The notes under the pieces are model-generated. The model was not told the DNA's origin. It was given only the letters and a program-made list of their open reading frames with translations, and did not search any database. A program made the position numbers and the translations under genes. From contig JBPCLO010000004.1 of the NCBI GenBank assembly GCA_051003155.1, positions 1 through 47,115 of the forward strand: a stretch of 47,115 nucleotides of DNA, in the 5' to 3' direction. Origin of the DNA: Fimbriimonadales bacterium (lineage in GTDB: Bacteria; Armatimonadota; Fimbriimonadia; Fimbriimonadales; ATM1). How positions within the stretch are numbered: the first letter of the stretch is position 1; the number at the start of each line of letters is the position of its first letter. Positions 19,538 to 29,170 of the stretch are shown here, piece after piece.

Positions 19538-21354
19538 GCGGCACGAATCCTGTTGTAAACGAAAAGCGCACAGAGGCCTATTACGCCGCCGACGACGAGC
19601 CCCGTCACGACCCGCAGGATGGAAACCTCGATCGGCGCGTGCAGGTGGCAAAAAGTATTGAGGACGCTCGCCTGCCCAACGGCCGCCAACAAGCCGAAGA
19701 GGGGCAAGTACTTGCGGTCGCCGCGGAACGCCATCGCAAGCCCGACAATGAACGCCGGGTGGCCGATGAGGAACTCCTTTGTCCGCGGACGCTCGGGTAG
19801 GGCGCGATCGAGGAAGTTTCGCATCTTGAGTTCCAGTGCGCTAACGTCACCGGGCGCATCGTTCCCGGTTCTGCCAAGCATCATCAGAATCACCACCAGA
19901 ACCAGGCCCAGCATGGCAAGATCGAACCAGCGAATCCGGAGGGCAAGGACCTCGCCGAAGCGAACCTGCTCGAATAGCAAGTATCCCGCGACAACCATCG
20001 GGGGCAGGAAGTGCGCGAGCTTGACGCCGAAGAATTGATCCAGCCGGAGCATGTATGGCAGTTGCGTGAGGAGAGCCGCGATGTGAAGCCCGCCGACGAC
20101 GCTGATTGCGGTTACCCAGAAGAATGCGGACACCCATTTGCCGGTGCTTCCGGGCTCGTTACCGACCGACAGGGCCGCGAGCATGCCCCAGGTCGGAAAT
20201 ATGATGGCCGCTACGAGCGCGACATATTTCGTGCCGAACCCGGCCACTACTGCAACCGCGAGCGCCGCGAGCAAGAAGCCCACCAGCCACGGCCAATAAC
20301 CACCCACAAACCTTCCAACAAGCCAGCCACCCGCGAATGCGATACCGAGGCCGATAACTACGGCAGCCCAGACCGGGCGGTCTTGCGGATATTCGGGACG
20401 AGCCGGCTTAGCCTGATAGCCCTCATTCTCCAGGCCTTTCCGAATCTTGGTAACCGCTTCGCGGAATGACGCCAGCGGGGACTCGCTCGAACGGTTGAAC
20501 GGGCGCAGAAACAGCACTTTGATATTGCGCTCTACCACGGCGCGCACGTAACGGTCAACGATGTCGGGGAGTTCGTTGCGGTCGATCTCCGCAGCCACCA
20601 TGCTGTGAACTCGGACGGTTCTATCGAGGGTTTCCATGAGCATGTGCGTGAGGCCGCCCTGGTTCGAGAACTCGACCGGCCCAACCCAAACCCCGGCGTT
20701 CCGGAACAGCTCCGCAGCATAGGGTATGAGATCGCGACGTCCCAAAACCTGGTCGCCGCCGAAAATTACTCCTTCGGCGCCGATAGCCTCGACCGCCTCA
20801 ACAACCTGAGCGATCGAAGATTTCGTCGAGAGGGGTGGGTTCGAAACTCGCGCCACGACCGAGAGGCCAGCGTCCTTCACGAGAGAGACGGTCTCGCGAT
20901 CGAAGCCTAAACCAAACGTATTGATATCGCTGAGCCGCGCCCAAATGCCGAGGGTTTCGCCGTCCGGTAGTTCGAAAACGGCCGTAGGCGCACCTGTAGC
21001 AACGCCGAATCGCCGCATGACGTCCGATAACCTGTCGGCGATCGACGGGTCGGCCACTCGGTACCTACCCGGTGAACTCGGTTCGATCTGGCCGGAGGCG
21101 ATCAGGTCGTCGATCGTGTCCTCGGCTACGGCCACACCTGTCACGCCGTCGGCTCGCAACTCCGCAAGCACTTCAGCATGCGGCTTGCCTGAGCTCGCGG
21201 CCAAGAGACGCACGTCGGGCATATCCACGACGAGATGAACCGCACGGTTTGCAGCTTCGCCGCGGTGCCGCTCGACAGCGACCCATAGGCTGACCGCCGT
21301 CGACACGGCAAGCGCAAACCACAACCAGACGGGAGGTCGAAATCTTGGGCTCAT
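19534..21354 (-). CDS. DUF5693-like membrane protein (usual CsaB partner)
   Basis: RAVVERNIKVLFLRP, FFGVKL, RPRTKEFLIGHP, LNTFCHLHAP; directly upstream of csaB. Confidence 0.8.
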   Translation of the reverse strand: MSPRFRPPVWLWFALAVSTAVSLWVAVERHRGEAANRAVHLVVDMPDVRLLAASSGKPHAEVLAELRADGVTGVAVAEDTIDDLIASGQIEPSSPGRYRVADPSIADRLSDVMRRFGVATGAPTAVFELPDGETLGIWARLSDINTFGLGFDRETVSLVKDAGLSVVARVSNPPLSTKSSIAQVVEAVEAIGAEGVIFGGDQVLGRRDLIPYAAELFRNAGVWVGPVEFSNQGGLTHMLMETLDRTVRVHSMVAAEIDRNELPDIVDRYVRAVVERNIKVLFLRPFNRSSESPLASFREAVTKIRKGLENEGYQAKPARPEYPQDRPVWAAVVIGLGIAFAGGWLVGRFVGGYWPWLVGFLLAALAVAVVAGFGTKYVALVAAIIFPTWGMLAALSVGNEPGSTGKWVSAFFWVTAISVVGGLHIAALLTQLPYMLRLDQFFGVKLAHFLPPMVVAGYLLFEQVRFGEVLALRIRWFDLAMLGLVLVVILMMLGRTGNDAPGDVSALELKMRNFLDRALPERPRTKEFLIGHPAFIVGLAMAFRGDRKYLPLFGLLAAVGQASVLNTFCHLHAPIEVSILRVVTGLVVGGVIGLCALFVYNRIRAA

Positions 21355-21358
21355 TCGA

Positions 21359-22021
21359 CTAGGTTTTGAGAACCGGCCGTCCGACGACTCGTGCCGGCCT
21401 CAAGAACATGACGGTCAACATGCCTGCAAGGAACCCGCCGGCGTGCGCCCAATTGGCGACGCCCTCTTGAACGACGAATATCTGCATCAGAAACCACATA
21501 CCTAGCAGCAGCCACGCCGGTACGTGAAACGTAAACCAAATGAACGGAGGCACCAGCACCTCGATTCGGGCCGCCGGGTGGAGTAGCAAGTAGCTTCCCA
21601 TAACACCCGCGATCGCGCCCGACGCTCCCAGCATGGGGATGCCGCTATTGGGCATCACGAAAATCTGAGCGACCGATGCGAATAAGCCCCAAACCAGGTA
21701 GTAAATCATGAACCGCCAAGGCCCAAAAGTGTGCTCGACGCGCGGCCCGAAAACCCATAGGAAAAGTACGTTCCCGATGATGTGGGCTAGATTCGCGTGC
21801 AGAAATATGCTTGTAAACAGAGTGAGAAGCGGCTCCTTCAGCCCACCTCTGAACACGCTAACGATGTCGACCGCGCGGGCAGCCATGTCCGCAAACACAT
21901 ACCGAGGGCCGAACACATTCCAATTTCGGTCCCACATGTAGACGATCGCCAACAGAATGACAATCGTTGCGGTGACGTATGGGAACGGCCCCCGATCGCG
22001 TTCGTCCCTTATAGGAATCAT
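21359..22021 (-). CDS. Rhomboid family intramembrane serine protease
   Basis: FLHANLAHIIGN, GASGAIAG, VANWAHAGGF. Confidence 0.93.
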   Translation of the reverse strand: MIPIRDERDRGPFPYVTATIVILLAIVYMWDRNWNVFGPRYVFADMAARAVDIVSVFRGGLKEPLLTLFTSIFLHANLAHIIGNVLFLWVFGPRVEHTFGPWRFMIYYLVWGLFASVAQIFVMPNSGIPMLGASGAIAGVMGSYLLLHPAARIEVLVPPFIWFTFHVPAWLLLGMWFLMQIFVVQEGVANWAHAGGFLAGMLTVMFLRPARVVGRPVLKT

Positions 22022-22043
22022 CCGGAGCCAAGAATAGCACGGC

Positions 22044-22067
22044 GGGTGCGAGAGGCGTCTCGCACCC
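22044..22067 (-). terminator. 10-bp GC-rich hairpin after the 913-aa gene
   Basis: GGGTGCGAGA-ggcg-TCTCGCACCC, 9 nt past the stop; no U-tract. Confidence 0.6.
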
Positions 22068-22076
22068 CCTCACTCT

Positions 22077-24818
22077 CTACGGCGTTAGCGTCCACTTCAC
22101 TAAGTCGACCTTCGCAATCCACGGGAATGTGAAGACGGGGCCGGTCAACTTATACGAGAGCTTCGTTCTCAACGCCCGCGTGCCCGCTTGGATGAACCGG
22201 TTCGCGTTACCCGTAGCTGTAATTTCCACGGTGGCGTCTCCGGTCGTGAGGTTGCGGACGTCCACCTGCTCGTATTGGCCGGTAGTGAAGTTGAACAAGG
22301 AGGTCGTCTGAGACACCGTGTTCGAGCTGCCATTCGATTCGACGAGGAACTTGAGACCCGTAACCGCTTGAATCGGCGCCGTAGCATCGATTTGAACGTC
22401 GATAGGCGGCAGGTTGCTAGAGAAGACGATGCCAGGGCGCATCGTCAAATACAAGTTGTCGCTACGAGCGATGTCGTCGAGGCTGCTGCTGATCGCCGTG
22501 CCACGAAGCATGGTGAAGCTACTGGCTCCCACGGGTTGCTGGTTAGGGTCGATGACGGCGCTGAAAACGCCGCGGCCATGTGTGATCGCGAGCAACGTGT
22601 TGTCGTCGTGCCACACCATCTCCGCCATCGGAACCGTTCCTGGGCCGTCGGTGTAAGTAGTCCACGAAGCGCCGTCGTCGCTCGATGTGAATAGGCCGAT
22701 GTCGGTCCCCGCGTAGAGCCAACCAGGCTTGGTTCGATGAAGCGCGAAGGCGCCAACGGGGGCGCTCGGAATTGTGTGAACGCCGGCGCCCGTGATCTGG
22801 TCCCAGTTAGTGCCGGCGTTCGTTGTTCGCCAGATATTGTCCGGCGTCCAACCCATGAATGACAAGTAGACACGATTATGGTTGGCTCGGTCGATCGTGA
22901 TATCGCTGACGAAACGGTCAGGCAGCGCGTTCGCGTTCTCGTCTACGCGGGTCCAGGTCGGTGTGTTCGAAGTGCCGTTCGCTGTCTTCCAGACCTGGCC
23001 GTTGTTGTACCCGACCCAAACGATGTCGGGATTGCCCTCTGCGACGGCCACAGTCGCCCCGTTTAGAGGGGGAACCGCATCGAAGTGGTCACGAGCCGGT
23101 GGGTTCGTTGAGTCGGGGCCGATCACGTCTTTGACCATGATCCAGCTTGGGCTGCCCGTTTTGACGTTATTCGCCCGGTAGAGCCTGCGGCCCGCTACGT
23201 ACATGCGCGTCTGCAGGTTCGGGTCCAGTATGAAATGCGGCACGAAGTTGTAATCGTCGCTTCCTGCGCCCGGGGGGCCGATGCTGCTGAAGAAGTTCTG
23301 ACCGCCGTCCGAGCTGCGCTGGAGCGCCGCGTGCTGAGAGCCTGCATAGAAGTAGTTCGGATCTGTCTGATCGGATGCGCAGTTGATGCCGTCTCCCCCA
23401 AGAACGTGCTGCCAGCCCTGGACGTTGCCAGTATAAAGCTGGGTCCCGTTGTCTTGCGCACCGGCGATCATCCGGCCGTTCGTGTTCATCGCGCCGCCAT
23501 AGAATTGCGTCACGCCAAGGTTGTTGTTCAAATCGACCGAACTGCCACCCGTGACGTCGTTGGTGCGGCTGATGCCTCCGTCATGGCCGAAGAAAACCAC
23601 GCGGTTGCTGCTTCCGCTGTAGGCCGGGTGTTCGACGATCACGTGGTGGTCTGGGTGAATGCTATTGAATGTGTTGTTCAGGTTAACCCCCGAATCAACA
23701 CTCCGGTATAGCTCGACCCCGCCGATAACAAGACGGCTGGGCAACGTTGGATCGACCCAAAGAGCGCTGTTGTAGTTGACATAGGTCCCGATACCGCTGC
23801 CCGAGGTTTTCAGCGTATAGCTTTGCCCGCCGTTGGTGGACTGCCAGACCTTGATGCGGCCGCCGGAGCTGATCGCCGCATAGACGATATTGGGTTCGCT
23901 CCTTGCGTAAGATACCTCGACACGTACGCCTGTCGTTCCCGTGGCATTGGTCCAACTTGCTCCGGAGTCGATCGAGAATTGAGGTTTGCCATCTGACCGG
24001 CCGGAGACACCGAGTGTGCCGTCGGTCGGATGGAATCTTACGTCGTAAGTCTTCCCTACCGAAACCATGGTCCACGAACCACCGGCATTCAGACTCCGAA
24101 AAATCCCGGTATTAGTCGCCACCAGAAGATGGCTAGGGTTCGCGGGGCTGATGGCGATTCGATTTACAAAATGGAAGTCGGCGTTGTTGGTACTAGGAAG
24201 CTGGTTCCAGGTCAGTCCGCCGTCGAATGTCTTGAAAATGCCTGCTCCGCGCTTAAAAGCGTTGTTGGATGATCCGGGGATGCCGGTGTTGAAGAAGCCT
24301 TCGCCCGTTCCGGCATACAAGACGTCAGGGTTGGTCTTATCGATGGCCATGCTGTTGACGCCGATCGCGGCCATCAAGTCGTCTTGTGGCGTCCATGACG
24401 AGCCGCCGTTGATGGTCTTCCAGATACCGCCTCCAACGGCGCCGACCCACATGGTGCTGTGCTGAGTCGGATGAATGATGATCGCGCGAAGCCTGCCGCC
24501 CACGTTGCCAGGGCCGAGCCAAGTCCATGAGCCGGGGAAAACGCCCGCTCCGTCGGTCTGCAGGATCGCGTCTCGCTGCTCTTTGGCAAGCATAATCGCG
24601 TTGTCCGGCATGGTGCCATCGGCGCTGAGCCTTTGGCCGTAATGGAATGCGGCAGCTTCGTTCGGGCTATCCGGCATTTGGGTCTTGTTCGCCGTAGCCG
24701 GTTTGAGCTTCATGGTCCGAACGCCGGGCTTTGACTTATGAAAGGCGCGCTTTAGCGTGTTGTCGTCGAGAATTGGTGAGAGGCTTAGTGCCGCAATCGC
24801 CATGAGGGATGTGATCAT
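22077..24818 (-). CDS. Secreted BNR/Asp-box repeat beta-propeller protein (VPS10/GH74-like) with an uncharacterised C-terminal domain
   Basis: Signal peptide; WTWLGPGNVGGRLRA; about 9 SxDxGxTW-type repeats. Confidence 0.8.
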   Translation of the reverse strand: MITSLMAIAALSLSPILDDNTLKRAFHKSKPGVRTMKLKPATANKTQMPDSPNEAAAFHYGQRLSADGTMPDNAIMLAKEQRDAILQTDGAGVFPGSWTWLGPGNVGGRLRAIIIHPTQHSTMWVGAVGGGIWKTINGGSSWTPQDDLMAAIGVNSMAIDKTNPDVLYAGTGEGFFNTGIPGSSNNAFKRGAGIFKTFDGGLTWNQLPSTNNADFHFVNRIAISPANPSHLLVATNTGIFRSLNAGGSWTMVSVGKTYDVRFHPTDGTLGVSGRSDGKPQFSIDSGASWTNATGTTGVRVEVSYARSEPNIVYAAISSGGRIKVWQSTNGGQSYTLKTSGSGIGTYVNYNSALWVDPTLPSRLVIGGVELYRSVDSGVNLNNTFNSIHPDHHVIVEHPAYSGSSNRVVFFGHDGGISRTNDVTGGSSVDLNNNLGVTQFYGGAMNTNGRMIAGAQDNGTQLYTGNVQGWQHVLGGDGINCASDQTDPNYFYAGSQHAALQRSSDGGQNFFSSIGPPGAGSDDYNFVPHFILDPNLQTRMYVAGRRLYRANNVKTGSPSWIMVKDVIGPDSTNPPARDHFDAVPPLNGATVAVAEGNPDIVWVGYNNGQVWKTANGTSNTPTWTRVDENANALPDRFVSDITIDRANHNRVYLSFMGWTPDNIWRTTNAGTNWDQITGAGVHTIPSAPVGAFALHRTKPGWLYAGTDIGLFTSSDDGASWTTYTDGPGTVPMAEMVWHDDNTLLAITHGRGVFSAVIDPNQQPVGASSFTMLRGTAISSSLDDIARSDNLYLTMRPGIVFSSNLPPIDVQIDATAPIQAVTGLKFLVESNGSSNTVSQTTSLFNFTTGQYEQVDVRNLTTGDATVEITATGNANRFIQAGTRALRTKLSYKLTGPVFTFPWIAKVDLVKWTLTP

Positions 24819-25068
24819 CTTCCAGTTCCTTTTGTGTTGTAACGGTCCACGACGTCTTGCGCTCCGCTCCCGCAGTCACCGTCGACGGTGCTTCGGGGTG
24901 CTTGAACGGAGGAAGGGTCGGGGGTGTTTAGGTATCCGGCGGGAGACCTGAGGGGCGGATTTCCGCCGCCGGAGTTGGATTCTTCAGGGGGGTTCAAGGC
25001 GTCCTTCAGCCCGCAGCCTCCGACAGCCACGAGCGCACAAACAGTCGCCGCTATTGCATAAGATTCAT
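24815..25068 (-). CDS. Small putative lipoprotein, probably with a 1-nt deletion just after ATG
   Basis: Adding one A at 25064-25065 gives MKSYAIAATVCALVAVGGC (lipobox-like); ATGA overlap with the next gene. Confidence 0.45.
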
Positions 25069-25144
25069 GCTCGGATGTAAAGTTTCGGTCGGGCATCGTT
25101 CCTCTTAATGGAAACAACGTGTCGAATTCCGTTAATTTACCGCA

Positions 25145-25990
25145 TCAGGCGCTGACTCGGCGTTTGCGAACCGCACGCAACGTCGACATCCATCCTCGAT
25201 GGGTCGGAGCCCCCGGAACCGGCTCGCCGAATTCGACATCGAACACCTCGCCAAAATCCTCGAGTTCGCAAACTCCCGTCTCGCCGGCCGACCACCACTG
25301 TCTGGCCACTCCCTCGACCAAGAACATGGCAAGGGTGCGCTGATCGAGGGGCTGCGATGGAAATTCAACATCCGGCAGGCCCTTCTTGGCCATCCCTCGA
25401 GTGAACGCCCGCCCTTCCTCGGTCGTTTCGGTCCATCGGACGCCCACCTGTAGGTCAAGCCGCAAAGCATCGGCGTTGTCGACGAGCATCTGCGCCAGTT
25501 CATCGGCCACGAAGAAACGTTGGGCTTCGGTATCCCAAATCATCTGTGCACTCGTCATTTCGGCCAATGTCTTCGCGACGTATGTTGCGAAGGACAGGTA
25601 ACCCATCTTCGGCTCCGGGCCTTGGGAGACAAAGCGGACGATATAGATCGTGTCCGCTTCTGCCAGGGTGTCGGCGATACCGGCGGGAATGGCCGAGTCA
25701 GCTTCGCAGAGCGCTTCCGGACGGAACAGGAGCGCGTTGCGCGCCCTCTTCGCGACGCCGATGTGAAACCGAACGTCGCTAAGGGTCATGCCTTCCGGTG
25801 CTCCGAGCGGCGACGTTGCATGAAGCCGAGCCATGATTTCCTTGTCCGATGGTCGGCCTTCGGCGGTACAGTAAACCCAAAACTCGACTCGAACGGCCGG
25901 GGGCTGCACCACAGAATTTTTTCTGCGCGTAAGAAACCAAATGGCCAGACAGAACGCCGCGAACAATAGGAGTGGGATCAGGAACCTCAC
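25145..25990 (-). CDS. Membrane-anchored hypothetical protein
   Basis: N-terminal TM helix, 281-aa ORF, TRGMAKKGLPDVE segment; GTGA overlap with the upstream gene. Confidence 0.65.
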   Translation of the reverse strand: MRFLIPLLLFAAFCLAIWFLTRRKNSVVQPPAVRVEFWVYCTAEGRPSDKEIMARLHATSPLGAPEGMTLSDVRFHIGVAKRARNALLFRPEALCEADSAIPAGIADTLAEADTIYIVRFVSQGPEPKMGYLSFATYVAKTLAEMTSAQMIWDTEAQRFFVADELAQMLVDNADALRLDLQVGVRWTETTEEGRAFTRGMAKKGLPDVEFPSQPLDQRTLAMFLVEGVARQWWSAGETGVCELEDFGEVFDVEFGEPVPGAPTHRGWMSTLRAVRKRRVSA

Positions 25991-26202
25991 GTTCGGGTGC
26001 CCTCGATCCAAGGGCGAGCGGCGTCGAATTCCTCATCGGTAAGGTTGGCCATGCACCCTTCGCAAAGAGCGACAGCATTCACCGGCGCGTTGCAGCACAG
26101 CATGCAAAGCCCCTTCGCCCGCGCTATGCGCACGGCCCTTTCGCTCCGCAGGGCGACCACAAGGTCGGCCCGGGCGATCCCCTCGCTATTCAGGCGTCGC
26201 AT
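25987..26202 (-). CDS. Small Cys-rich (zinc-finger-like) hypothetical protein
   Basis: CMLC...LCEGC; CATAAT 7 nt upstream of ATG; coupled to the next ORF. Confidence 0.65.
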   Translation of the reverse strand: MRRLNSEGIARADLVVALRSERAVRIARAKGLCMLCCNAPVNAVALCEGCMANLTDEEFDAARPWIEGTRT

Positions 26203-26347
26203 TCCGAGAATTATGCCCGCAAGCGCGGCTTGCCACGCTAAAAAAGTTTCCCAGGTCGATAATATCCCAGGTACACTTAACGCGGCTTAGGGGTCACTAA
26301 ATAGTCTCGAATATTCCTTTCGAGCCATCCATGGAGGGACGGTTCCT

Positions 26348-27634
26348 ATGAGCATACTTAGAATCGAGGGCGGGCATCGGCTATCGGGAACGATCGAGGT
26401 CAAGGGCAGCAAAAATGCTGCGCTTGCCGTTCTTTCTGGCGTCGTGCTAGCCCAAGAGCCCGTTAGGATTTTCGGTCTGCCAAGGGTCAGCGACACCAAG
26501 GCCAAATTGACGCTCCTAGAGCAGATTGGAGCCGTTGTAACGCACCACGACGACCACGTCGTGATCGATTGCTCCAACCTCACCGATGCGGAACCTGACG
26601 CCGAGCTCGTTCGATCGATCCGAACCTCCTTCTACATGCTCGGCCCCATGCTGGCAAGGCTCGGCAAGGCGCGCATTCCCCAGCCCGGCGGCTGCCGAAT
26701 TGGCGCAAGACCCGTCGATTTCCATCTGAAGGGGCTCGCTCTTCTCGGAGCAGTAATCGATCAAAGCGGAGGCAGCTACGTCGGCCTGGCGCCCAAACTG
26801 AGAGGCGCTGAAATTTATCTCGACTTCCCGAGCGCTGGCGCGACTCAACACCTCATGGCCTCGGCCGTCTTGGCGGACGGGCAGACGATCATTCAGAACG
26901 CCGCCATGGAGCCGGAAGTCGTATTTTTGGCAGATTTCTTGAACAAATTAGGTGCCGTCATCGAAGGCGCAGGCAGCAGTACAGTTACGGTTTCCGGTGT
27001 AGAGAAGCTGAGTGGGGGCGACTATCGGGTGCCCGCGGACCGGCTTCAGGCGGGCACGTTTATGCTGGCAGCAGCCGCGACCGGTGGAGATGTAACCGTA
27101 ACGTCGGTGCTACCGGAGCATCAGGCTCCCGTCATGAGCAAACTGCGCGAGGCTGGAGTTTTGGTGGACCAGGGTCCGGAATGGATCCGCGTCCGTGGAG
27201 ACAAGTATCTCCAAGCTGTCAGCGTCAAGACGATGCCGTACCCTGGATTCCCCACAGATATTCAGCAGCCGATGGCCGCCCTCCTTGCAACCGCGAACGG
27301 TGTGTCCACGGTCGAGGAAACGATTTACGAAAGCCGCATCGGACACATCGACGAGCTTAACCGGATGGGAGCGAAGATCCGCCTGGAGGGCCGGACGGCG
27401 GTCATCACGGGCGTCGATCATTTGCAGGGCTCGGTGGTCGAGGCGTCCGACCTCAGGGCGGGCGCTGCGCTCGTCCTTGCCGGACTGGGCGCGCGGGGCG
27501 AGACCCACGTGAAGAACGTAAAGTACATCGACCGTGGCTACGAGGATTTGGAAGAATCGTTTACGTCGCTGGGGGCTTCCATAGAACGCATTCCAATCGA
27601 GGAAGGGGAGGCCACCGCCCAATGGTCCGGCTAG
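26348..27634 (+). CDS. murA: UDP-N-acetylglucosamine 1-carboxyvinyltransferase
   Basis: GSKNAAL, PGGCRIGARPVDFH, PYPGFPTD, DLRAGAALV, IDRGYE. Confidence 0.97.
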   Translation: MSILRIEGGHRLSGTIEVKGSKNAALAVLSGVVLAQEPVRIFGLPRVSDTKAKLTLLEQIGAVVTHHDDHVVIDCSNLTDAEPDAELVRSIRTSFYMLGPMLARLGKARIPQPGGCRIGARPVDFHLKGLALLGAVIDQSGGSYVGLAPKLRGAEIYLDFPSAGATQHLMASAVLADGQTIIQNAAMEPEVVFLADFLNKLGAVIEGAGSSTVTVSGVEKLSGGDYRVPADRLQAGTFMLAAAATGGDVTVTSVLPEHQAPVMSKLREAGVLVDQGPEWIRVRGDKYLQAVSVKTMPYPGFPTDIQQPMAALLATANGVSTVEETIYESRIGHIDELNRMGAKIRLEGRTAVITGVDHLQGSVVEASDLRAGAALVLAGLGARGETHVKNVKYIDRGYEDLEESFTSLGASIERIPIEEGEATAQWSG

Positions 27635-28605
27635 TCTCAGAGCTCGGAATCGACCTCGGCACAAGCAACATCCTCGTTTACAAAAAGGGCCAAGGCATCG
27701 TCCTCGAAGAGCCCACAGTGGTAGCCATCAATAAGCTGACCAAGAAGGTACTCGCCGTGGGCACACAAGCCCGCGAGATGATCGGCCGAACGCCGGAGCA
27801 CATACTTGCGATTCGGCCGCTGAGGGACGGCGTTATCGCCGAGTATTCGCACACGCTAAGGATGCTCGAGTTCCTCGTGGACAAAGTCGCCGGACGTCGA
27901 CGCTGGTTTCGTCCGAAGCTCATGATTTGCGTGCCTTGCGGAGCGACCAACGTCGAGCGTCGGGCAGTCGTACAAGCTGCCAAGGAGGCGGGGGCGGGCG
28001 AATGCTATACGATCGAAGAACCCGTGGCGGCCGCCATTGGAGCCGGCCTTCCGATTTCCCAAGCCGGCGGCAATTTGGTCATTGACATCGGTGGCGGTAC
28101 CACGGACATCGCCGTTCTTTCTTTGGACGGGGTCGTTCTGTCGGCGAGCCTGAGAATCGGGGGCGACAAGTTCGACGAAGCCATTGTTCGCCACCTGCGC
28201 AATGCGTACAACATTATGGTTGGCGAAAGGACCGCGGAGGAAATCAAGATGAAGATCGGCTCGGCGGAACGGCTGGAGCAGGAGTTGCGCCTTGAGGTTC
28301 GGGGCCGCGATTTGATGGGGGGCTTGCCCAGGACCGTCGAAGTGACTAGCGAGGAGATTCGAGAGGCGTTGAGCGAGCCGTTGCGCACGATTTGTGAGAA
28401 GCTCTGCTCAGTCCTCGAAGACACGCCGCCGGAGTTGAGCAGCGACATCATCGGACGAGGAATAGTTATCACCGGCGGAGGGGGTCTCTTGAAAGGTTTG
28501 GATCGGCGGTTCTCGGCCGCGACAGACATTCCTGCGCGGGTCGCCGACAATCCCATGCATTGCGTTGCCATCGGCACCGGGAGGGCGCTTGAGAATACGA
28601 AGTAG
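27622..28605 (+). CDS. mreB: Rod shape-determining protein MreB/Mbl
   Basis: GIDLGT, RPLRDGVIA, EEPVAAAIGAG, DIGGGTTD, LEDTPPEL. Confidence 0.96.
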   Translation: MVRLVSELGIDLGTSNILVYKKGQGIVLEEPTVVAINKLTKKVLAVGTQAREMIGRTPEHILAIRPLRDGVIAEYSHTLRMLEFLVDKVAGRRRWFRPKLMICVPCGATNVERRAVVQAAKEAGAGECYTIEEPVAAAIGAGLPISQAGGNLVIDIGGGTTDIAVLSLDGVVLSASLRIGGDKFDEAIVRHLRNAYNIMVGERTAEEIKMKIGSAERLEQELRLEVRGRDLMGGLPRTVEVTSEEIREALSEPLRTICEKLCSVLEDTPPELSSDIIGRGIVITGGGGLLKGLDRRFSAATDIPARVADNPMHCVAIGTGRALENTK

Positions 28606-29170
28606 GATTGCTTGCGCAGTCTTTTGCCTAGCCGCCACCGTGGCCGCGCAGAAGTCCGCTGCGCCTGTCACCAAGGGCGAGTTCGTTGTGGCGATCACAA
28701 AATATGCTAAGGGTTTGCGCCAGGGTTTTGCGCCGTCGCTCGCCCTCGCCAAACCCGCGGTCCACGGATACGGGACCGTTCCGGCTCCTTTTCGATCTGC
28801 ACTCTCAGAGGCAGTCGGCATGAAGCTTTGGCCCGTGGGCAAGCAGAGCGCTTTTCTTGCATCGAGCCCAGCCACCAGGTACGAAATCGCGGTCGCCTTG
28901 GATAGGCTCCGAGGCATATTCGAGCCAAAATTCGCCAGCCGAGCTGCGCCTAAGCGGGTCAACTTGGGAAAACTCAAGGGGCGCGTCGCCGACGGTTCAC
29001 ATGCCGCTATGACGAGACTCGCCACCGGCGGTTATTTGCCCTTCGGGTCGCCGATTTTCGACGGTCCCGGCGACACGATTTCGCCGAACACGCTGAGCGC
29101 AGTGTTGGCCCAGTTTTCCGAGCGCCTGGGCGAACGGTTCAGGAAGCCCAAGTCCGTTACCGGATCGTAA
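28589..29170 (+). CDS. Secreted protein with divergent SLH-like repeats
   Basis: Signal peptide; PVTKGEFVVAI, PATRYEIAVALDRL and ISPNTLSAVL resemble SLH TRAE helices; TTG start after GGGAGG. Confidence 0.6.
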   Translation: MRIRSRIACAVFCLAATVAAQKSAAPVTKGEFVVAITKYAKGLRQGFAPSLALAKPAVHGYGTVPAPFRSALSEAVGMKLWPVGKQSAFLASSPATRYEIAVALDRLRGIFEPKFASRAAPKRVNLGKLKGRVADGSHAAMTRLATGGYLPFGSPIFDGPGDTISPNTLSAVLAQFSERLGERFRKPKSVTGS

